DNA of 32,000 bases, taken from Sedimentisphaera cyanobacteriorum. Lineage in GTDB: Bacteria; Planctomycetota; Phycisphaerae; Sedimentisphaerales; Sedimentisphaeraceae. Of this stretch, positions 1 to 8,581 are shown piece by piece. Positions within the stretch are counted from its first letter, which is position 1. Every line of letters begins with the position of its first letter. The translations under genes were made by a program, and so were the position numbers. A model generated the notes under the pieces. The model saw nothing but the letters and a program-made list of their open reading frames with translations. It searched no databases and was not told where the DNA came from. The stretch spans positions 2,160,001 to 2,192,000 of the forward strand of contig NZ_CP019633.1 of NCBI RefSeq assembly GCF_001997385.1, given 5' to 3'.

Positions 1-1
1 A

Positions 2-346
2 GCACCAATTTTACACCTTCAGGCAGACTTTCATAATGCGGTAGAATGGGCTGAAAAAAATAATGTTAAATGGGCATACACAGATATAAATGCTTCAACT
101 TTTTATGCCAATTTTTATAATAAGTTAAACAATATAAACGAAAATATTAACTGGCAGGCAGTTAATTCAAAACACTGGCAAGACAAGGAAATTAAAGAGC
201 GAAAGCAAGCTGAATTTTTGTTCTATGATTTATTTCCCCTTGAACTCATTGAAAAAATAGGGGTATTCAGCAAAGAGCAAAAACTACTGGTTTCAAAAAA
301 AGTAAATAATATTGATGTCTCAATTGAAACTAGCTGGTATTATTAG
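2..346 (+). CDS. darT: DarT-type ssDNA ADP-ribosyltransferase toxin (DUF4433 family), C-terminal 114 codons; the 5' end lies outside the window
   Basis: The frame is open from nt 2 to TAG at 344-346. It is absent from the ORF track because it has no in-window start. My translation ends ...NWQAVNSKHWQDKEIKERKQAEFLFYDLFPLELIEKIGVFSKEQKLLVSKK..., which fits the conserved DarT/DUF4433 C-terminal pattern (Trp, basic stretch, QAEfLv strand with the catalytic Glu, I..I.V). A DarG-type macrodomain gene follows 12 nt downstream. Confidence 0.7.
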   Translation, partial: APILHLQADFHNAVEWAEKNNVKWAYTDINASTFYANFYNKLNNINENINWQAVNSKHWQDKEIKERKQAEFLFYDLFPLELIEKIGVFSKEQKLLVSKKVNNIDVSIETSWYY

Positions 347-358
347 CTTGAGGCTTAT

Positions 359-1405
359 ATGATAAAAACAACAAAAGGCGACATTCTAAAAGCAGATACT
401 CAGGCCATTGTGAATACGGTTAATTGCGTAGGCGTTATGGGAAGAGGTATTGCGCTGCAATTTCGTAAAACCTTTCCTGAAAATTTCAAGAGCTATAAAT
501 CTGCCTGCGAAAAAAATAAAATTAAACCGGGGAAAATGTTTACCTTCAGCCTAAACAGTTTTTCAAACCCAAAGTATATCATCAATTTTCCCACTAAAAG
601 GCACTGGAAAGGCAAAAGCAGGCTTGAAGATATTGAGTCTGGCTTAAAAAGTCTGGCCTTAGAAGTTCGCCAGCTGAAGATTGGTTCTGTAGCTTTGCCT
701 CCTTTAGGCTGCGGACTTGGGGGGCTTTCTTGGGCTGAGGTCAGACCTATGATAGAAAAAACTTTTTCCTCTTTACCGGAAGTTGAAGTTTTGCTATACG
801 AGCCTGCCGGTGCTCCTCAAGCTAAAGCAATGGCCAAAAAAAGGAAATGCCCTGAGATGACAGCTGGCAGGGCTGCCCTTATTGGATTGATGGACAACTA
901 CTTAAAAGGGTTTATTGATCCTTTTGTAAGCCTGCTTGAGATTCATAAGCTAATGTATTTTATGCAGTTTTCCGGTGAAAATCTCCGTCTCAGATACGCC
1001 AAGGGGAAATATGGGCCTTATGCTGAAAATCTTCGACATGTTCTCAATGAAATAGAGGGGTACTTTATAGAAGGTTATGCCGATGCTGGAGATAACCCAG
1101 ATAAGCAGATAGAGCTTATTCCAAATGCGGTAAAACAGGCTGAGAGCTTTCTCAAGGGGCACAAAAATACTCTTGCCCGTTTTGAGAAGGTTGTGGATTT
1201 AATCCAAGGATTTGAGACACCGTATGGAATGGAGCTTCTTTCAACTGTCCATTGGGCAGCAGAAAAAGAAAACGCCAAAAACATTGAGCAGGTGGTTGAG
1301 AAAACCTATGCTTGGAACGAGCGCAAGAAGATGTTCAAGAAAGAGCATATAAAATTGGCTTACGAAGTGCTTAAAGATAAAGGGTGGGTTGAGGGCTGCT
1401 GTTAA
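359..1405 (+). CDS. darG: DarG-type antitoxin: N-terminal macrodomain (ADP-ribosyl hydrolase) plus C-terminal DarT-associated domain
   Basis: 348 aa. The N-terminus GDILKADTQAIVNTVNCVGVMGRGIALQFRKTFPENFKSYKSACE...GKMFTF is a classic macrodomain signature (NxVN, GvMGkGIAlqF). The length and two-domain layout match DarG. A GAGG RBS sits 4-5 nt upstream, and the gene follows the darT fragment in operon arrangement. Confidence 0.8.
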   Translation: MIKTTKGDILKADTQAIVNTVNCVGVMGRGIALQFRKTFPENFKSYKSACEKNKIKPGKMFTFSLNSFSNPKYIINFPTKRHWKGKSRLEDIESGLKSLALEVRQLKIGSVALPPLGCGLGGLSWAEVRPMIEKTFSSLPEVEVLLYEPAGAPQAKAMAKKRKCPEMTAGRAALIGLMDNYLKGFIDPFVSLLEIHKLMYFMQFSGENLRLRYAKGKYGPYAENLRHVLNEIEGYFIEGYADAGDNPDKQIELIPNAVKQAESFLKGHKNTLARFEKVVDLIQGFETPYGMELLSTVHWAAEKENAKNIEQVVEKTYAWNERKKMFKKEHIKLAYEVLKDKGWVEGCC

Positions 1406-1497
1406 TCTGTTTTCGCAGAAAAAAATGATGAAATCGCTGAGCAGATTTATATAATCGGATTCTCAATATAAGGCAGAAAAAATTAAGAGGTATAGAA

Positions 1498-1980
1498 ATG
1501 GCGAAGGCCCACGTTTACAAACGCGACCACATAAACACAGATGAGATAATCCCCGCGAGATACTTAAACACAGACAGCCGCGAGGAGCTTGCCAAGCACT
1601 GCTTAGAGGATCTGGATCCGGAATTTATGCAGAAGGCCGGTGAGGGCGATGTTATCGTCGGCGGGCAGGACTTCGGCTGCGGATCGAGCAGGGAGCATGC
1701 TGTATGGGCAATTCAGAACGCTGATTTGGGCGCTGTAATAGCCGAATCGTTTGCGAGAATATTCTACCGCAACTGCATCAACTGCGGATTCTACCCGATA
1801 GAGCTGAAAAACGCCTCAGAGCATATAAACGACGGGGACGAGCTCAGCATATACTACGAAAACGGCAAAATATTCAACAAAACTCAGGGCAGTGAGATTG
1901 ATTTCAAGCCTCTGCCGGATTTTGCTCTGGAAATCGTTCGCGACGGCGGCCTCCTGAACCACATCAGCAAGAAAGTTTAG
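1498..1980 (+). CDS. leuD: 3-isopropylmalate dehydratase small subunit (short LeuD/aconitase swivel-domain type)
   Basis: 160 aa with NTDEIIPARYL, GxDFGCGSSREHAVWA and FARIFYRN motifs typical of LeuD/HacB small subunits. An AAGAGG RBS precedes the ATG. Confidence 0.8.
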   Translation: MAKAHVYKRDHINTDEIIPARYLNTDSREELAKHCLEDLDPEFMQKAGEGDVIVGGQDFGCGSSREHAVWAIQNADLGAVIAESFARIFYRNCINCGFYPIELKNASEHINDGDELSIYYENGKIFNKTQGSEIDFKPLPDFALEIVRDGGLLNHISKKV

Positions 1981-2074
1981 GGTTTGCCAAAACGTTTTTT
2001 CCTGAAATTCGGCTTTTTATTCAAGAAAGCAGCAAAAAATCAAAAAAAAAACAGCTGAAGGCCGATAAAAGTGT

Positions 2075-2104
2075 TTGACATTGAAACAGGGAAGTGGTAA
2101 AAAT
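2075..2104 (+). promoter_or_regulatory. Candidate sigma70-type promoter (TTGACA, 17 nt, TAAAAA/T) for the pseudopilin transcript
   Basis: TTGACA lies at 2075-2080, then a 17-nt spacer and an A/T-rich -10 (TAAAAAT) at 2098-2104. This would give a leader of about 280 nt before the ATG at 2389. Confidence 0.35.
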
Positions 2105-2388
2105 ATATTAGGCGGATGAGAGAAGAGAGATGTGCGAAAGCATTTAATTCACAGAAGCCATTATACTCAGTTATTATTTTTTATTATCTCACCTCTCTTG
2201 CTCCTCATAAGCCCCGTTTGCTTCTACCGGATAAAAGAAGCGAAGACATAAAGGGCGTTCCATTCTCTGACGGGCGTTTTACTAATGAGTCTGTTTCACT
2301 GTACGCCAGGAATTTTTCGTAAAAAATTAGTTTTCGCCAGAGAATGATAAGACAGATTCAGTACATTTTAATGTAAGGAGCAATTACA

Positions 2389-3390
2389 ATGAAAAGAAAA
2401 GGTTTCACATTGATTGAGCTTTTGGTGGTAATCGCTATTATCGCTATGCTCATGGCAATTCTTATGCCTGCACTCGGCAGGGTAAGGCGTATGGCACAGC
2501 AGCTTGTGTGCGGTACGAATCTCAGCGGCCTGGGCAAGGCCTGCGTTCTCTATGCCAACGACAACGATGAGGACTACCCCATCGCTGGCGGCAAGGGAGA
2601 CAACTCTTGGACATCTCAGGGCTTCATGACCGACTGGAACCAGGTTGACAAGAACTGGACAGATGACGATGAGGTTACAGTTTCTGCATCTCTGTATCTA
2701 TTGATTCGTGAAGCGGACGTATCGCCAAAGCAGTTTGTTTGTCCTTCAAGCAATCAGTTTGAATTTACAGGCGAAAAGATGGATGAAGGCGCAGGTTCTA
2801 ACATCGTTGAGCTTACAGACATCTGGGACTTCGGAGACGGCGACGGCAACCTGAGCGCGAACAATACAGAGAGCCCGAGAAACTGCTGCAGCTATGCCTA
2901 TCACTACCCGTATCAGGATGCAGCGAACTTCTCTTACCCGCTTACTGCAAGCAGCAAGTCTGGAAAGGCAGTTCTTGCAGACAGAAGCCCCTGGTATGAC
3001 AACAACCTTGAAGATTCAAGCAGCCCTGACAACGACAACTACATCACAATGATTGATCAGCTGAATCTCGGCCAGAACCCGCAGGATGACGATTGGTCAA
3101 GCATTACAAAGTGGAAAAGAGAAATCAACAACTCTAACGCACACCAGCGTGAAGGACAGAATGTTCTTTTTGCTGACGGGCACACTGCTTTCGAGAAGAG
3201 GCCGGATGTTGGTATCCAGAACGATAATATCTACTGCGCATTCGACGGCGGAAGCGCTGATGAGTGGGATGCAGTAGGAAGAAGAATCGGTGCTGACTGG
3301 TCTAACAAGAGACTTTCTCCAGGCGAGAACAACATAAGGGTTAAAAGCGAAGAAGACAACGTTCTTGTGAACGACATCAAAGAGCTTTAA
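2389..3390 (+). CDS. Pseudopilin with prepilin-type N-terminal cleavage/methylation motif and C-terminal H-X9-DG / DUF1559-like domain
   Basis: The N-terminus MKRKGFTLIELLVVIAIIAMLMAILMP is the canonical G|FTLIEL prepilin motif. The C-terminal AHQREGQNVLFADGHTAF matches the H-X9-DG processing-associated domain that is heavily expanded in Planctomycetes, Verrucomicrobia and Lentisphaerae. AAGGAG RBS. Confidence 0.85.
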   Translation: MKRKGFTLIELLVVIAIIAMLMAILMPALGRVRRMAQQLVCGTNLSGLGKACVLYANDNDEDYPIAGGKGDNSWTSQGFMTDWNQVDKNWTDDDEVTVSASLYLLIREADVSPKQFVCPSSNQFEFTGEKMDEGAGSNIVELTDIWDFGDGDGNLSANNTESPRNCCSYAYHYPYQDAANFSYPLTASSKSGKAVLADRSPWYDNNLEDSSSPDNDNYITMIDQLNLGQNPQDDDWSSITKWKREINNSNAHQREGQNVLFADGHTAFEKRPDVGIQNDNIYCAFDGGSADEWDAVGRRIGADWSNKRLSPGENNIRVKSEEDNVLVNDIKEL

Positions 3391-3423
3391 TTAGCTGATT
3401 AGCTTTTAAGCACGATTATAGAA

Positions 3424-3455
3424 GGCTGCAGGCGATATGCTTGCAGCCTTTTTTT
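3424..3455 (+). terminator. Rho-independent terminator after the pseudopilin gene
   Basis: GGCTGCA (3424-3430) pairs with TGCAGCC (3442-3448), followed by a T7 run at 3449-3455. Confidence 0.65.
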
Positions 3456-3670
3456 GTCTTGAACCAATCAATCTGAACAAGGCAGCCCCCTTATGCATAA
3501 CAGGCAAAGGGGAAAATTAGCTGACTGTTTAACTCAGAAAATTCAATCAATGAGCTCTGGTATGAAAGTGAAAGCGGAAAAAAATTGTTTTTTCCGTAAA
3601 AACCCGCCCTCCTTCAAACATATATAGATGTAACGAACCATTATTATAACAGAAAACATTAGGAGACAAA

Positions 3671-5545
3671 ATGAAACGCAAAATCAGCTTATTTGTTCTG
3701 GCCATAATAGCCTCAATCTTAATCCTGCCGAATGCGGGAGCTGGAGAAAAATGGCGCTTTATCACCCTCTCAGACTGGCATTCAGCTGAAAAGTACATTC
3801 ACGTTCGAGGCGAAGATTACGGCAGCCGAGAGAAGGCTGTAAAGGAAGATATAGCAGCTGCAAAAATGCTCAAGGATAATTACGGAGGCGAATTTGTCTT
3901 TATCCCGGGCGACAGCAACGGAGGCCACTGGGATACAAAACGCTTCAGGAATAATTACTCCCCAAACCTCTCCCCCGAAGAAACCGTGCTCAAGGCAGGC
4001 CATTACTGCTATGAAGGTATGATAAATGCATTCGCCAAAGGCGGATACGATAAAATAATTATGGCAGTAGGCGATCACGAGATGGGGGACAACCCATGGC
4101 CTGCTGGGAGTATGGTATCTAAGCTCCAGCCTGAGTTTCGTGAGTCATTCGCAAAGGAGTTCAACTATGATGAAAACGGCGAATTCATATATGACGAGCC
4201 GATAGGCGAAGCCCCCTCCCGTCCTCTGGGGACAAAATACCAAGACACGTCTTACGCATATCAGCATAAAAACGTGCTTTTCATCACTGTGGACGAGTTC
4301 CATCAGGAAAATCCAAACAAGCGAATCGGCGGCGAGGGCTCTGTTACAGGCACGGTTACCGGCAAACACCTCGACTGGCTCAGAAACGTGCTCAGCGAGG
4401 CAAACAAAGACAGCTCCATCAAACACATCTTTGTGCAGGGACATCTGCCGGTGATTTATCCCGTTCGCAAGGTAAACAGCAGCGGTATGATGATGGATGA
4501 CAACGATGATAATCCGTTCTGGAAGGTGCTCAGAGAATACGGGGCTGATCTGTACTTCGCAGGGGAGGTGCACGCCAATACCGTTACCAAAGACAGTAAA
4601 TCAGACCTGATCCAGCTTGTGAGCAGAGGGAACTTTTTCACGAACTTCCTCACGCTCGATATTACAGATGATCTTATCGACATAAACCTCTATGAAAACC
4701 CCAAGCGAAACGTGCTTGAAGGCAGCTATTCAAAAGCCGGCAGCCTCGTTATAGATAAGTCAGACGAAAAAACAAGATTCAAAGGCGAAGGTATGCTCGA
4801 TTTTGTTGATATCGATGCCCGCTTATTCCACTTCGATTTCGAAGAGCTCAGCAACCTGCACGAAAGACCGATTTTCGGCCTTCGGGACAGAGAGATAAGG
4901 GGGATAAAAACTACAACCGAAACCATACCGAACAAAGGCGAATTCGGCGTTCAGTACGATGCGGTGCAGGCAAACGTAAGCCTTGAGAAAACCGAATACA
5001 GCGGTAAAGCCGGCAGGTTCACAGAGAAAAGCAGGATGGCCTGCTACGGTATGGGGCCACTTCAAAATGAACACGCCGTGAGCTATGCGGTGAGAGTGAA
5101 AACCGAATCACCCGAAAAAATGGTGCTGATAAACACAGGTTCAATATGGGGCAGTAATGTAAGGAATTTTCTCAACCTGAACCTCAATAATGGGCTCGTC
5201 CAGGTGGAAGCGAGCAAATCATCCAGCCTGTTAGCCCGCTCTGAACGGCTTAACGACAGCAAATGGCATCATATAGCTGCTGTTATGCCGGAAGACGGCT
5301 GCCAACTATCGGAGGTTCTTGTCTATGTTGACGGGAAGAAGTGCGAAACAAAGCTCAAAGGGGCTGATACAAAGCTATATTTCAATCAGGCCGTGAGGCT
5401 CTCCTTCGGCGGTCTCGGATACAGCAAAAAGGCCTTCGATTCGCTCGGCGTGAGCCCGTTTATCGGGATGATGGATGATATATCCGTCTGGACAAGGCCG
5501 CTGAAGCAGGCTGAGGCGGAAAGTTTAGCCGAACAGCAAGGATAA
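3671..5545 (+). CDS. Secreted calcineurin-like metallophosphoesterase fused to a C-terminal LamG/concanavalin-like lectin domain
   Basis: Signal peptide MKRKISLFVLAIIASILILPNAGA. Metallophosphoesterase motif series SDWH, GDSNGGHW, GDHE, GHLP, GEVHAN. The C-terminal ~170 aa (WHHIAAV...VYVDG...MMDDISVWTRPL) is typical of LamG/Laminin_G_3. Confidence 0.7.
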   Translation: MKRKISLFVLAIIASILILPNAGAGEKWRFITLSDWHSAEKYIHVRGEDYGSREKAVKEDIAAAKMLKDNYGGEFVFIPGDSNGGHWDTKRFRNNYSPNLSPEETVLKAGHYCYEGMINAFAKGGYDKIIMAVGDHEMGDNPWPAGSMVSKLQPEFRESFAKEFNYDENGEFIYDEPIGEAPSRPLGTKYQDTSYAYQHKNVLFITVDEFHQENPNKRIGGEGSVTGTVTGKHLDWLRNVLSEANKDSSIKHIFVQGHLPVIYPVRKVNSSGMMMDDNDDNPFWKVLREYGADLYFAGEVHANTVTKDSKSDLIQLVSRGNFFTNFLTLDITDDLIDINLYENPKRNVLEGSYSKAGSLVIDKSDEKTRFKGEGMLDFVDIDARLFHFDFEELSNLHERPIFGLRDREIRGIKTTTETIPNKGEFGVQYDAVQANVSLEKTEYSGKAGRFTEKSRMACYGMGPLQNEHAVSYAVRVKTESPEKMVLINTGSIWGSNVRNFLNLNLNNGLVQVEASKSSSLLARSERLNDSKWHHIAAVMPEDGCQLSEVLVYVDGKKCETKLKGADTKLYFNQAVRLSFGGLGYSKKAFDSLGVSPFIGMMDDISVWTRPLKQAEAESLAEQQG

Positions 5546-5548
5546 ACT

Positions 5549-7045
5549 ATGCAGAAAAGTTTTACAAGAAGAGATTTCTTAAGGGCTGCGGGCAGCAGTG
5601 CAGCAGCAATCGCGCTCAGCGGGGCGGCAACATCTAACGCAAAAGATGCCCGCCCAAACATACTGCTTATAGTTACCGATCAGGAAAGCTGGATTGACGA
5701 GCAGACAAGAGATCTGCTCGATATGCCCGCAAACCGCTGGCTTTATGAAAACGGAACGTCATTCTCCAGCTTCTACTGCACCACAGCACAGTGCACGCCC
5801 GCAAGGAGCACAATCCAGACAGGGCTCTACCCCCACCAGACGCGGCACGTTGCCAACACTAACAAAACCTACTGCGCACATATCCCAGAAGGCGTGGAAT
5901 TTCTCGGCAATAAGATGCGGCAAGCTGGATACTTCAACGGCTACGGCGGAAAATGGCATCTGCTCGAGCCAAAGAAGAGGCTCGGCGTTGGAAAGGTGAT
6001 GGGCGGAACGGATGACGCCGGTCAGGATGAGTACTTCAAAAGATTTATGAAGATCAGGGATGAATCAAAGCCTTGGTTTTATCAGGCGCATTTCCTAAAT
6101 CCGCACGATATCTATCATATGAACTATATCTTCGAAGGTGAAGAGCTGCCCGATCCCGATAAAGCAACAAAATGGCTCAAAGACAAAATAAAAAGGGTGC
6201 CCGGGGAGGAAAAAAGAGCTGAAAGGATATTAAAAAGGCTCGGCGATAAGCTCAATCCCCCTCCCGGCTGGGACAAAAAGATAGAAGGCATTCCGCCTGC
6301 AAAGGGAGACTGGGCATACCCCTACGGCAACAGCGGCAAGTACGAAACGCTCTCCCGCAGGGAAAAACTCGAATACTGGAAGAAATACCGCGCTTTGTAC
6401 TACTGCCTGCACGAGATGGTGGATGAGCAGATAGGCGATCTGCTGAATGTGTTGAAAAAAGATTATCCCGAGCAGTTCAGGAACACAATCATAATTCGCA
6501 CCGCAGACCATGGAGATATGAGCGGCGAGCATGAGAGTCTCAAGTATAAAGGGCCTGTGCCATTCGATGCCCAAATGCACATACCGCTTATACTGGCAGG
6601 CCCCGGGATACCCAAGGGCAGAGAGATCAAAGATATTGCGAGTCAGGCGGATCTTGCGGCAACAATCTGCGAGCTGGCTGGAGCTGAGAAGCCAAACAAG
6701 GGCAGATCAGATGCAGGGAGCCTTGTTAAGGCGATAAAAACTTCTGCCCCTGCGGGAAGGGAATACGTATTTATAGAATACTACTTCCTCGGCGCAGTTC
6801 AGCCGCTTCGAATAATCAGAAGCAAAAACTACAAATACGCAGTGCATTACGCAGAGAACAAAACAGCACTGTTCGACTACTCCAAAGACCCTTGGGAGCG
6901 GAACAACCTCAGCGGGAATCCCGCCTACAGCCAGATTGAAAACAAGCTGAAAAATGAGCTTCTCGCATGGCAGGAGGAAATGAGAGATCCGGTTACAACG
7001 GATAAATATATTTTTGAAGAATGGAAGAATCCAAGGAAAGGCTAA
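5549..7045 (+). CDS. Tat-exported formylglycine-dependent sulfatase (S1 family)
   Basis: Twin-arginine signal TRRDFLRAAGSSAAAIAL. Sulfatase signature CTPARSTIQTGLYPHQ (C-x-P-x-R), plus GKWHL and ADHGDMSGEH motifs. The gene starts 3 nt after the previous stop. Confidence 0.9.
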   Translation: MQKSFTRRDFLRAAGSSAAAIALSGAATSNAKDARPNILLIVTDQESWIDEQTRDLLDMPANRWLYENGTSFSSFYCTTAQCTPARSTIQTGLYPHQTRHVANTNKTYCAHIPEGVEFLGNKMRQAGYFNGYGGKWHLLEPKKRLGVGKVMGGTDDAGQDEYFKRFMKIRDESKPWFYQAHFLNPHDIYHMNYIFEGEELPDPDKATKWLKDKIKRVPGEEKRAERILKRLGDKLNPPPGWDKKIEGIPPAKGDWAYPYGNSGKYETLSRREKLEYWKKYRALYYCLHEMVDEQIGDLLNVLKKDYPEQFRNTIIIRTADHGDMSGEHESLKYKGPVPFDAQMHIPLILAGPGIPKGREIKDIASQADLAATICELAGAEKPNKGRSDAGSLVKAIKTSAPAGREYVFIEYYFLGAVQPLRIIRSKNYKYAVHYAENKTALFDYSKDPWERNNLSGNPAYSQIENKLKNELLAWQEEMRDPVTTDKYIFEEWKNPRKG

Positions 7046-7049
7046 AGCT

Positions 7050-8567
7050 ATGCCTGAAAACAGGCGATTTACAAGAAGACAGTTTATTGGTTCAGCCGCG
7101 TGCTCCGCTGCGGCGCTGGCTCTTGCAGGAAAGACATTAGGCGCAAGAAAAACCGGCAGGCCGAATTTGGTTATAATCCACACCGACGAGCACAATTTCA
7201 GAACCCTCGGCTGCTGCCGTGATATGCTCAGCAATGAACAGGCGTATATGTGGGGCGAGGGGCTCAAGGTTGAAACGCCTCACATCGATTCCATCGCAAA
7301 ACAGGGAGCTATCGCCACAAGCTGCTACTCCAGCTCTCCGGTATGCTCACCTTCACGTTCATCTCTGCAGACAGGCCTGTATCCGCAGGCTACAGCAGTT
7401 AAAAAGAACAATATCCCAATGCTCTCGAGCGTAAAAACATTCGCAAACGTGCTGCAGGAAAAGGGCTACGCAACAACGTACCTTGGCAAATGGCATCTGG
7501 ACGGTTACGGCAAGCCTCAGTGGGACCCTAAGCGGAATTTCGGCTATCAGGATAATCGGTATATGTTCAACCGCGGCCACTGGAAAAAACTAATTGTTAA
7601 AGATAACGGTGGTGCACTGCCGCCGGAGCACTATGTTGACGGCAAGCTGACAATGATGTGGAAACTGCCCTCACAAGAAAGCGTAATCGGTGACGAAAAA
7701 TCCTTCACCACAGATTTTCTCTGCGACCGCACAATACAGGCGATAGAACGCGATAAAGACAGGCCGTTCTGCGTTATGTGCTCAATACCCGATCCTCACG
7801 GACCGGATAAAGTGCGAAGTCCTTACAATAAGATGTATGATAAGGATAAATTCGAAGAGCCCCGAACACTGGATGCAGGCAAAAACCTTCCCGGCTGGTT
7901 AAGCAAAGGGAAAAATTGGACAGACGGTTTTACTGAGAGTCAGAGGAACGGACTCGCTGAATATTTCGGCATGGTAAAGTGCATCGATGATAATGTTGGC
8001 AAGATCCTCGCTTACCTCAAACGCACAGGTCTCGAGGAAAACACAATCGTTGTCTTCACCTCCGACCACGGCGATCTCATGGGCGAGCACAACCGCCACA
8101 ACAAAGGCCTGCCATACGAAACATCAGCCCGAATACCGTTTGTTATCAAATATCCGGGAAAGATTAAGCCGGGCAAAATCGTCAGGAAGGCAAACACCAA
8201 CACCGATTTCGCACCTACTATCCTTTCGCTGATGGGTTTTGAAGGCGAGCTCAAAGGCTGCCACGGCGAGGACATCTCTAAAGATTTCACAAGCCATGAG
8301 AAGATTGTCGATTCTGAGAGAATCGTGTACTTCCGCCATGCAAACGAAAATTGGGCTGCAGCTGTTAGCAGCAGATACAAGCTGGTGCTATCTACTGTTG
8401 ACAGGCCTTGGCTTTTCGACCTTGAGAAAGACCCAGACGAGCTCATTAATTTCTACAATAAAAAAGAATATGCAGGCGTTGCACAGAGATTCAAAAAAGC
8501 GATTGTTGAGCAGATGAAAAAATTTGAAGAGCCTATGCTCAAAAACGGCAATTTAAAGATGTCTTAA
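7050..8567 (+). CDS. Tat-exported formylglycine-dependent sulfatase (S1 family)
   Basis: I prefer the ATG at 7050 (MPENRRFTRRQFIGSAACSAAALALAG, a Tat motif) with an AAGGAAAGG RBS. The track ORF start at 7014 would overlap the previous gene. Signature motifs CSPSRSSLQTGLYPQ, GKWHL and SDHGDLMGEH are present. Confidence 0.9.
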   Translation: MPENRRFTRRQFIGSAACSAAALALAGKTLGARKTGRPNLVIIHTDEHNFRTLGCCRDMLSNEQAYMWGEGLKVETPHIDSIAKQGAIATSCYSSSPVCSPSRSSLQTGLYPQATAVKKNNIPMLSSVKTFANVLQEKGYATTYLGKWHLDGYGKPQWDPKRNFGYQDNRYMFNRGHWKKLIVKDNGGALPPEHYVDGKLTMMWKLPSQESVIGDEKSFTTDFLCDRTIQAIERDKDRPFCVMCSIPDPHGPDKVRSPYNKMYDKDKFEEPRTLDAGKNLPGWLSKGKNWTDGFTESQRNGLAEYFGMVKCIDDNVGKILAYLKRTGLEENTIVVFTSDHGDLMGEHNRHNKGLPYETSARIPFVIKYPGKIKPGKIVRKANTNTDFAPTILSLMGFEGELKGCHGEDISKDFTSHEKIVDSERIVYFRHANENWAAAVSSRYKLVLSTVDRPWLFDLEKDPDELINFYNKKEYAGVAQRFKKAIVEQMKKFEEPMLKNGNLKMS

Positions 8568-8581
8568 AAACGGAGAAAACT

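Noticed and set aside
2116-2322. 68-aa plus-strand ORF in the pseudopilin leader
   Set aside because: It has no RBS and an odd composition. It overlaps the complementary segments that look like RNA structure. I treat the region as an untranslated leader.
3575-3596. A/T hairpin CGGAAAAAAA-ttg-TTTTTTCCG as a second terminator
   Set aside because: The stem is almost entirely A:T. It lies about 120 nt beyond the strong terminator at 3424-3455 and has no distinct trailing U-run, so it is probably not functional.
3547-3798. 83-aa minus-strand ORF overlapping the start of the metallophosphoesterase gene
   Set aside because: It overlaps the signal-peptide region and promoter of a supported gene and has no features of its own.
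6707-7267. 186-aa minus-strand ORF spanning the junction of the two sulfatase genes
   Set aside because: It is antisense to two well-supported sulfatase genes, has no recognisable domain, and is explained by codon-complement bias.
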